Source of the DNA: Bacteroidales bacterium
GTDB taxonomy: Bacteria > Bacteroidota > Bacteroidia > Bacteroidales > GWA2-32-17
Direction: 5' to 3'
Assembly: GCA_026416095.1 (NCBI GenBank)
Contig: JAOAFV010000017.1
Span: 64,146-128,145, forward strand
Length of the DNA: 64,000 nucleotides
Shown piece by piece: positions 39,201-47,042 of this stretch. The notes beneath the pieces were generated by a model. That model worked only from the letters and a program-made list of their open reading frames with translations, had not been told where the DNA came from and ran no database searches. Made by a program: the position numbers and the translations under genes. The first letter of the stretch is position 1. Every line of letters begins with the position of its first letter.

Positions 39201-40274
39201 AATATAAACAGTGTCTGAAACAAAATTTTGACCACATTGTGTTGGTATCGAAATAATTAAATATTCCATTCCTTCAGAAATCCCATCGTAAACTGCAGTT
39301 ACGTTTAATGACACACTTGTTTGACCTGCAGGAATCGTAACACTCGAAGGTAATTGATTAACATCGACACCATTGGTAGCTGTGCCACTGTAATTTAAAT
39401 TTAGTACCATATTTTGCTGAGCTGGTACTGGTAAAGTGAAATTTATAATAGCCCCTGTACAACCTTCTATTGCATAATTTTCACCACTGCTTGCCTGAGG
39501 ATACTGTACATTTAAAGCAACGGAACCAAAAGAATTAGCTTTTAGAAAAACACCTGAATCAAAAGCTTGATCGCCCGCATCGGCAATACAAATTTTGATA
39601 GTATAGGTTTGACACGGAACCACATTTAATTGAGCGACAAGTGGAGTAGTAAACCCATCAAAGACTGGATGTGTGCTCGATCCATTATTATTAACATAAT
39701 ATTGAGAGTATGAGTTTTGATTAACATTATTAATTGTTACCGGTGTAGAAGTTCCAGGTATAAGAGCAATATTAACATTATTATAATTACCGCCGCTAGG
39801 ATTAGGACCAGAGACAAAAAAAGCAAAAGCATCATTAAATGAAGAACCAACCCACTCAGGATATTCTTCCGATCCGAATACATAAACAAAAGTTATAGGT
39901 GTACCAAGTGGAACAAAATTAAATTGCAAAACCGCACCGTCGTAAGTTGTAGATCCTGCAATATTTGTTAATTCTGGGACACCAGCACCACCAAGATTAT
40001 CAGACATAAAAGCACTTCCAGGTTGAGCCACATTAGTTACATTACCTGTTGTTAAAATAATTCCCTCATTAATGCCAAGTGGAGTTGAATTACCATTAGT
40101 AAAATACCCAATTTGAGAAGATTGCCCCGTAAAAGTAACGTTAGAAATATTAACACCCCCACCAACTAAAAAATTTGTAACCAATTGCTGTGGAGTATAA
40201 CTTGTATTTATATTCAATTGGGAGTATATTTTAATAGTATATAATGTTAAAATTAACACAAAATTATGTTTCAT
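36210..40274 (-). CDS. Giant T9SS-secreted surface protein: choice-of-anchor-L-like N-domain, PKD-like and Cys-bracketed Ig-like modules, SprB repeats, two PKD domains, type-B C-terminal sorting domain
   Basis: 1354 aa. Signal peptide ...KIYSQ. N-domain [21 protein letters not shown]...[24 protein letters not shown]...[13 protein letters not shown]. SprB repeats ([27 protein letters not shown]). PKD motifs ([15 protein letters not shown]). CTD [22 protein letters not shown]...[12 protein letters not shown]. Confidence 0.85.
   Translation of the reverse strand: [1354 protein letters not shown]
37959..38669 (-). repeat. Three tandem ~77-aa NAG[PN]D...C...W[ST]..PSN..FSN...P.T.V.V...G.Y.F.W......C modules
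   Basis: aa 536-612, 616-694 and 697-772 counted on the protein. The similarity is also visible at DNA level, with a period of roughly 235-245 nt. Confidence 0.7.
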
Positions 40275-40381
40275 AATAATTAATCTTTATATTAAGACGA
40301 TAAAAGATCTTTTTAGTTGCTTTTAGTGATTGTATTAATTGTGCTTTAACATATGAAATAAAAAACATATAATTACAATAC

Positions 40382-42664
40382 TTAAAAAGGATAACCAATC
40401 CCAAAATTAAAATTAAAATCATCACTTCGGGCTTTTCTTTGAATAAATAAAAACTGTTTGCTTTCTTCGGGGTTTTTTCCTTTAAATCCTAAATCAAATC
40501 TTAAAATAAAGTAAGTAAAATTAAGCCTTATACCTAATCCATAAGAAACGGCCAAATCATTTACTAATTTATTAATCCTAAATACTCCTTCGGGTCTTTC
40601 TTTTCTTAAATAGACATCCCATATATTACCAGCATCGGCAAATATTGCACCTTCTAAATACCATAATAATCCAAACCTATATTCAATGTTAGTTTCAAAC
40701 TTTATATCGGCCGATTGATTGAAAAAAGAGCTTGAAGTATCAATATAAGCACCCGGCCCTAAGCTACGAGGCGACCAACCTCTTAAACTATTACCACCAC
40801 CTATGTAATATCTCTTATTAAAAGGTAAAACATCCATATTTCCATACGGCAATCCAAAACCAGCAAAAATTCTGTAAACAACATTCGATTTAGAATATAA
40901 ATTCTTATAATATCTTAGATCAATTTCTGAAATAACATACTGTGAAAAAGGTATTGAAAAGTAAGAAAATGGTTGTGTTTTTTTCCTTTTATTTAAGAGA
41001 TATAAAATATTTCCACAAGTTTCAAGTTTCCCTCTTGCATATATTGTGTTATTTTTAGATCTCCCAACCTTTGGATCTCTGAACACAAACATGTATGTTG
41101 ACCCTAATTCGAAATGGTCTATAAAGCTTTCTTCAAGAAAGGTTCCTCTTATGTTTCTTGCAAACTTCCAATACATATAAGGTATACGTACTAGATTAAA
41201 ATCTACTGGCAAAACAATATGTTTTAAATTTTTATTTCCCATCCATTCATAACCAAACGATAACTGAGATATTATTCTTCTATAATCTGGTCTGTGCTGA
41301 AAATTATAAGATAGCTGATAAATAGTAGACGGATATTTATTCTTTTTAAACTTTTCTGAAATAAAAGGCGATAACATATTAGGTTCTTGGTATTTAAAAT
41401 CAAGACTATACTCAAATGTATTAAAAGAATAAAATTTCTGTAGTACACCTTCATTTACACGATTAATAATCTGGGTTTGATGTTCAAAAAGAAAACGATT
41501 AATAACATTTAAAGTTTGAGCTCCTTTAAAAATATTTCTGTTATAGTATACTATATTAGAAGCTGCCCCAATATTACCTGAAGAATTTGTTCCTTCAATT
41601 TCAAATTTGTAAGAATGCTTAAATAATGGCGTAAGAAAAACCGAAGCTTTAAGAAAATTAGAATAAGGTATAGTATCAAACTGAATATTCACTGTTCTAA
41701 AATTATTTGTTGACATAAATTTTTCATATGTCTTTTGAGCTTCTGTATAATCATATACATCTCCTTTTTGAATAAAACAAAATCTATTTAAAAATTTAGG
41801 ATTAAAAGTTAATTGGCCGTTACCAACCAAATATATATTCCCATATTGTACAGTATCAAACGTTTTATAGTAAGACATTCTTTCTTGTAATGCTAACTTA
41901 CTGTCAAAGTTGTAATATATTAACAATGAATCGATAATGTATTGTTTTTCAGTTATAATATCGGAAAGAATAATACACTTTATTGTAGTTTTTGATCCAG
42001 TGTCTACTTCAAAATATATGTTATCTGGACTAAAGAAATAAAAACCATTTTTCTTAAAAAAAGAGGTTATTCTATCTCGCTCGTTCTGCAAAAGTTCGTC
42101 TGTAATTATCTTATTTTTGGAAAGTAACGAACTTGTTGTTACATGTTTTAAGTAATCAAGAAAAATTTTACTTCTTGTTTCAAATACAACACTATCAATA
42201 ACAAGAGGTTGACCAAGCTTAATAATGTAAAATACTTTTGCTTTATTATTTGATAATTTAACTGAATCGTAAATTTTACAATTATAATAACCTTGTAATT
42301 TCAAGTATTCAGAAATTTGTTTTATTGAATGTTGAACATATTCTTTATTATAGTAGGATGGTTCTTCAATACTCGATTTAATAAGTTTATAGAAGAAATT
42401 GTTTTCTTTCTTATTTTGCAATTTGTAATACCAATAAACCTTTAAAGGAAAACCAAGAAAATATTGGTTAGGTTTAGGTTTAATGTAAAAATAAATATCG
42501 TCAAAACTTTTATGTGGGTATATTTGAACAACATTCTTTCTTAAAAGTATATCCCCTTCTTTTAAATATTTACTTACCGAACATCCTATCGTGATCAATA
42601 ATAAGAAAGCAAATAAATGCTTTGTCACCCAAGAATAAAATGTTTTATTATTGTATAGGCACAA
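40382..42664 (-). CDS. Omp85 (BamA/TamA)-family outer-membrane protein with a lipoprotein-type N-terminus (TamL-like)
   Basis: POTRA-like segments (YIIKLGQPLVIDSVVFE) and a C-terminal beta-barrel ending in the OMP signature ...FNFNFGIGYPF. The track start at 42664 is TTG. An in-frame GTG at 42628 gives MTKHLFAFLLLITIGCS, a lipobox signal peptide, so the true start may be 42628. Confidence 0.75.
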   Translation of the reverse strand: MCLYNNKTFYSWVTKHLFAFLLLITIGCSVSKYLKEGDILLRKNVVQIYPHKSFDDIYFYIKPKPNQYFLGFPLKVYWYYKLQNKKENNFFYKLIKSSIEEPSYYNKEYVQHSIKQISEYLKLQGYYNCKIYDSVKLSNNKAKVFYIIKLGQPLVIDSVVFETRSKIFLDYLKHVTTSSLLSKNKIITDELLQNERDRITSFFKKNGFYFFSPDNIYFEVDTGSKTTIKCIILSDIITEKQYIIDSLLIYYNFDSKLALQERMSYYKTFDTVQYGNIYLVGNGQLTFNPKFLNRFCFIQKGDVYDYTEAQKTYEKFMSTNNFRTVNIQFDTIPYSNFLKASVFLTPLFKHSYKFEIEGTNSSGNIGAASNIVYYNRNIFKGAQTLNVINRFLFEHQTQIINRVNEGVLQKFYSFNTFEYSLDFKYQEPNMLSPFISEKFKKNKYPSTIYQLSYNFQHRPDYRRIISQLSFGYEWMGNKNLKHIVLPVDFNLVRIPYMYWKFARNIRGTFLEESFIDHFELGSTYMFVFRDPKVGRSKNNTIYARGKLETCGNILYLLNKRKKTQPFSYFSIPFSQYVISEIDLRYYKNLYSKSNVVYRIFAGFGLPYGNMDVLPFNKRYYIGGGNSLRGWSPRSLGPGAYIDTSSSFFNQSADIKFETNIEYRFGLLWYLEGAIFADAGNIWDVYLRKERPEGVFRINKLVNDLAVSYGLGIRLNFTYFILRFDLGFKGKNPEESKQFLFIQRKARSDDFNFNFGIGYPF

Positions 42665-43529
42665 GGGTCATAATTTCTTGCCCTTTAGAACGATTGGAAG
42701 TAGCAGGTCCTGCTTGATTGTGAATTATAATATTTGTAACCTCATAATCATCCACTTTATGTTCCATTACAATTTTATTATTACGAAGATCTCTTATTCT
42801 CCATATTTCAGCTCTTCTCCCATTTGCATAACCATTAGCCAAAACATTTTGCGATGCCCAATATTCTGTTTGATTGCCAATTATATTACCTTCTTCATCG
42901 TAAACAAATTTTTGATAAATACTGTCGATTTTTACATAATAATATTCATATATAAGAGAAATTCTTTCTTTATTTTTATACTTTTCTATACCATTTTTTT
43001 CAACATTACCAAGAAAATTCCACGTACCTGAACCTTTAATTTCATAAGTTGTTATAATTTTTTCTTCGGTTCGTATACCTGTTTCTTCATCAATTTTTTC
43101 TTTTGCATCGATTATTTCGTACTTTAAAAGATGAGTCATTTTACTATTTTTATCGAATCTGTATTCGCAATCTTTAATTGTACCTTTCCAAATTTTGGTA
43201 GTATCGTGCTGTGTTTCTATTGAATCCACTTGAATAGTGATATTTTCACCATCAATAGTAGTGGTAATTTTAGCTTTTTGTGGTTGTGTTAAACCAGTGG
43301 TATATAAAATTTCGCTTTTAAAACTTGATATTTTCCAGTCACCAGCAACTCTATCTTTTCTACTTCTAAATGAGAAGAAAGGGTCTTCGGGCCCTTTTTT
43401 ACAGCTATCAAAAACAAAAAAAATAACTACAACACATATTAATAAATACCCTCTTTTAATTAACGAACTCATATATTTTATTTTATATGCCACACTATTT
43501 GTTTTAATACGTAAAGTTATTAAATGCAT
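42648..43529 (-). CDS. Hypothetical lipoprotein (beta-rich, lipocalin-like size)
   Basis: ATG 43529, or more likely ATG 43472, which gives MSSLIKRGYLLICVVVIFFVFDSC (lipobox). I recognise no family motif. Its stop lies 19 nt upstream of, or overlaps, the Omp85 gene start. Confidence 0.6.
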   Translation of the reverse strand: MHLITLRIKTNSVAYKIKYMSSLIKRGYLLICVVVIFFVFDSCKKGPEDPFFSFRSRKDRVAGDWKISSFKSEILYTTGLTQPQKAKITTTIDGENITIQVDSIETQHDTTKIWKGTIKDCEYRFDKNSKMTHLLKYEIIDAKEKIDEETGIRTEEKIITTYEIKGSGTWNFLGNVEKNGIEKYKNKERISLIYEYYYVKIDSIYQKFVYDEEGNIIGNQTEYWASQNVLANGYANGRRAEIWRIRDLRNNKIVMEHKVDDYEVTNIIIHNQAGPATSNRSKGQEIMTLVPIQ

Positions 43530-43538
43530 TTTAATTCA

Positions 43539-43546
43539 CAAAATTA
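43539..43546 (-). promoter_or_regulatory. -7 box (TAATTTTG) for the lipoprotein-Omp85 unit
   Basis: Read on the minus strand, 9 nt upstream of ATG 43529. It is divergent from the wzz-like promoter. Confidence 0.45.
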
Positions 43547-43609
43547 TTACATTATTTTTAAAAAAAACAATTTTTTCAAAAAAATTCTGTTATTATGAAA
43601 TAAATTAAT

Positions 43610-43617
43610 TACCTTTG
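43610..43617 (+). promoter_or_regulatory. -7 box (TACCTTTG) for the wzz-like genes
   Basis: The motif ends only 7 nt before ATG 43625, implying a leaderless or near-leaderless mRNA. Confidence 0.45.
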
Positions 43618-43624
43618 CAACACG

Positions 43625-44623
43625 ATGAGTAATATTTTTCAATCAAATTCAGAGTTTATTTACATACTAAAAAAATATAAAAAAGTATTTATTATCGTAA
43701 CCATCTCATCATTAATTTTATTTACATTTATTTCAATAATACTTCCCAAAGAATATAGGGCAGAGGTAATAATATTTCCAGCAGTTAACGAATCTGTCAC
43801 TCATTCAGTTTTTTCAGAAAACTTATCTTCTAAAGGAGTAACAAAATTTGGAGATAGTGAAGACATTGAATATTACTTACAAATTCTTAAAAGCGAAGAT
43901 TTAAGAAATTACATAACGCAAAAGTTTAACTTATACAAACATTATGAAATAGATACTATAAAAGACAAATATCCTAAAACAAAACTAAAAAAAAAGTGGG
44001 AAGATAACATCCAGTTTAGAAAGAAACAATTTTTATCAATAGAAATAGCAGTTTACGATAAAGACCCTGTATTTGCTGCTATTTTAGCTAACAGTATAGC
44101 AGAATTTTCCGATTCGTTAATTAATAAAATAAAACAAGAAAGAGCAAAAAAAGTTTACAATGTTATTTTTAAAGAATATGAGAACGCAATTAAATTTTTA
44201 AAGACTATTCAAGATAGTTTAAATTATGCAAGAGAACATGGAGTATATAATTTTAAAGCACAGAGCGAAATGTACAGTAAAGCTTATGCCGAAGCTTTAT
44301 CGCAGGGTAATATTAAAGGTGCAAGATTAATTGAAGAAAAGTTGAATTTATTAAAAAAATACGGTAGTATTTATCAAACATACGATGAAATTTTAACATA
44401 CGAAGCAAAAAGAATTTCGAACTTTAATGAAAAACTTTCGCAACTTAAAATAGACGCAGAAGAATTTGTACCTTATAAATTTACTGTAAGTAAGGCAACA
44501 ATTCCCGAAAAAGCTCATTATCCCATATATTGGTTAATAATTTCATGTGGATTATTGTTTTCTTTGCTATTAACTTTTTTTATTCTTGTTATTATTGAAA
44601 AGTATTCAAAAATTAAATGTTAA
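43625..44623 (+). CDS. Wzz-like polysaccharide chain-length determinant protein (no kinase domain), copy 1
   Basis: N-terminal TM (IIVTISSLILFTFISIILPKEY), a long helical periplasmic region, and a C-terminal P-x-K-x-x-Y-P + TM (IPEKAHYPIYWLIISCGLLFSLLL). Confidence 0.65.
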   Translation: MSNIFQSNSEFIYILKKYKKVFIIVTISSLILFTFISIILPKEYRAEVIIFPAVNESVTHSVFSENLSSKGVTKFGDSEDIEYYLQILKSEDLRNYITQKFNLYKHYEIDTIKDKYPKTKLKKKWEDNIQFRKKQFLSIEIAVYDKDPVFAAILANSIAEFSDSLINKIKQERAKKVYNVIFKEYENAIKFLKTIQDSLNYAREHGVYNFKAQSEMYSKAYAEALSQGNIKGARLIEEKLNLLKKYGSIYQTYDEILTYEAKRISNFNEKLSQLKIDAEEFVPYKFTVSKATIPEKAHYPIYWLIISCGLLFSLLLTFFILVIIEKYSKIKC

Positions 44624-44627
44624 GCAT

Positions 44628-45581
44628 ATGAACGATTTTTTTAAATTTAGTTCTTTTTTTTCCATCATAAGTAAATGGAAATTACATTTTATATTAGTAA
44701 CTATTATATCTTTTATACTTGGCGTAATTATCTCTTCTCCATTATTTATTACACCTCTTTATAAATCTTCGGCTATTGTTTATCCAGTAAATCTTTACGA
44801 ATATTCAAAGGAATCAACAACAGAACAAATGTTTCAAGTATTATTGTCGAACGACATTAAGTTTAAGATGTTAGAAAAATTTAAGCTTGATAAGCATTAC
44901 AACCTAAACAGAAAAGATCCACATTTTATTTCGTATTTTCTATATGAATACAACGATAAAGTAAAGATAAAAAAAACAGACTATGAATCTATTGAAATAA
45001 TTGTTTACGACAAAGATCCTAAAATGGCTTATGAAATGGTAAATGGAATTATTTCTTTTTATAACGACAAAATAAGAGAGTTACACAGCACTAAGCATAA
45101 AGAATTAATTACCATAACTGAAAATGCAATAAAAAACAAGCTAAAACATTTAGATACATTATTAATTAAAATCAAAGATATTCAGATGAATAAAAAAGTC
45201 CTTCTTAATAGTTATTATATTCAGGAAGTTTCTAACAAAGCATTAAACGGAAATCCTGAAGCAAAACAAATTCTAAATAACATTCTCGAATATAAAAATT
45301 ATTACCATTTATTAGATACTTTGTATGAATTAAATCTAGCTCAATACAAATGGTATCTGTGGCAATTAGAAACTTCAAAAAATGAAGCTAATAAGAAAAT
45401 TACTTACGCACAAGTTGTATCTAAACCATTTATACCCGATAAAAAAGCTTATCCTATCAGATGGTTAATTGTTGTTATTACTATGTCTGTTAGTTTATTT
45501 TTGTTCGTTTTTATAGTATCTTTTGCTGAAACTAACAAACTTAAATATAACAAACCTAATAATAAAGATTATCTTGGGTAG
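44628..45581 (+). CDS. Wzz-like polysaccharide chain-length determinant protein, copy 2 (paralogue)
   Basis: Same architecture as copy 1 (IPDKKAYPIRWLIVVITMSVSLFLF). The track start at 44586 is TTG inside copy 1; ATG 44628 lies 4 nt after the copy 1 stop. Confidence 0.65.
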   Translation: MNDFFKFSSFFSIISKWKLHFILVTIISFILGVIISSPLFITPLYKSSAIVYPVNLYEYSKESTTEQMFQVLLSNDIKFKMLEKFKLDKHYNLNRKDPHFISYFLYEYNDKVKIKKTDYESIEIIVYDKDPKMAYEMVNGIISFYNDKIRELHSTKHKELITITENAIKNKLKHLDTLLIKIKDIQMNKKVLLNSYYIQEVSNKALNGNPEAKQILNNILEYKNYYHLLDTLYELNLAQYKWYLWQLETSKNEANKKITYAQVVSKPFIPDKKAYPIRWLIVVITMSVSLFLFVFIVSFAETNKLKYNKPNNKDYLG

Positions 45582-45590
45582 TTATAAATC

Positions 45591-47042
45591 ATGAAAATTA
45601 ATTTCAAATTACCTCAAACATTTTATATTTATAGCATTCTAACAATATATTGGATTAGTTGCATATTTTTTATTTATAACAAACAATATTATTTTCTAAT
45701 GCTTCCTTTACTCCTTGTTTTCATATATTTACTCCTATTTTCAATAGACAAATTATTGTTATTAATTTCATTTCTTACTCCTCTATCGCTCGAATTAAAA
45801 CATTTTATACCAGAATTACCTGTAAATTTATATTTACCAACAGAACCTTTACTTTTTGGAATTTTAATTATCTTTTTGCTAAAATTTATTCTTAACGAAA
45901 ACTTTGATAAACGAATATTAAAGCATCCTATAAGTATAATAATTTACTTACACTTATTTTGGATTTTAATAACTTCTATTACTAGTACTATGTTTATTGT
46001 TTCAATAAAGTTCTTTATAGTAAGACTTTGGTTTATTGTTGGTTTTTACATATTTGCCGCTCATTTATTTTTAAATCATAAGAACATAGGAAGATATTTT
46101 TGGCTTTATACAATAGGTTTACTCATCGTTATTATATACACTATATCACGACAATATTCATATGGATTATTTGATCAGCAATTTGCAAACCGCGCACCAC
46201 AACCTTTTTATAACGATCACACAGCTTATGGTGCAGCGCTAGCAATGATCTTTCCTTTCATGTTGGGCTTGATTTTTTTAAAGCAATATTCAAAATTTCA
46301 ACGTTCTCTTGCTTTTATTGTACTTATAATTTTAGGTATAGCTATCATTCTTTCTTACACCAGAGCAACATGGGTTAGTTTATTTGCTGCCTTTATTTCA
46401 TTTATAATAATATTTTTTAAAATAAAATTTAAGACTATCATATTTATGCTTACAGCTTTTATTCTTTTTGTTATTGTATTTTTTCCTAATATAGTAGCTA
46501 AACTTGAGAAAAATAAACAAGATGCTTCAAGCGACTTATATGAACAATTACAATCAATAACTAATATTACAACCGATGCAAGTAATCTTGAAAGATTAAA
46601 TAGATGGAGTTGTGCATATAGAATGTTTTTAGATAAACCTATTTTTGGATTTGGACCTGGTACGTATCAATTCAAATATGCGCCCTATCAACTATCTTAT
46701 CAAAAAACTATTATTAGTACCGACTTTGGTGATGTTGGAAATGCACATAGCGAATATCTAGGCCCACTTTCCGAACAAGGTTTTTTAGGAATGATTCTTT
46801 TTATGGCTATTGTGTTTTCTACTTTATATTATGCCTTACAAACGTACCACAATACCCAGAATAATTACATTAGAATTCTAACTCTGTCGGCAATTATTGC
46901 TCTAATAACTTACTATACTCATGGATTGCTTAATAATTTTTTAGATACTGATAAACTTTCTTTATTATTTTTTGGTTTTACTGCACTAATAGTAGTGTTG
47001 AACATTGAACACAAATCTGAAACTAGAATTGAAAATAAATAA
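45591..47042 (+). CDS. O-antigen ligase/polymerase-family (Wzy_C domain) polytopic membrane protein
   Basis: More than 10 TM segments. Wzy_C-like block LSYTRATWVSLFAAF and a periplasmic loop with NAHSEYLGPLSEQG. Confidence 0.75.
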   Translation: MKINFKLPQTFYIYSILTIYWISCIFFIYNKQYYFLMLPLLLVFIYLLLFSIDKLLLLISFLTPLSLELKHFIPELPVNLYLPTEPLLFGILIIFLLKFILNENFDKRILKHPISIIIYLHLFWILITSITSTMFIVSIKFFIVRLWFIVGFYIFAAHLFLNHKNIGRYFWLYTIGLLIVIIYTISRQYSYGLFDQQFANRAPQPFYNDHTAYGAALAMIFPFMLGLIFLKQYSKFQRSLAFIVLIILGIAIILSYTRATWVSLFAAFISFIIIFFKIKFKTIIFMLTAFILFVIVFFPNIVAKLEKNKQDASSDLYEQLQSITNITTDASNLERLNRWSCAYRMFLDKPIFGFGPGTYQFKYAPYQLSYQKTIISTDFGDVGNAHSEYLGPLSEQGFLGMILFMAIVFSTLYYALQTYHNTQNNYIRILTLSAIIALITYYTHGLLNNFLDTDKLSLLFFGFTALIVVLNIEHKSETRIENK

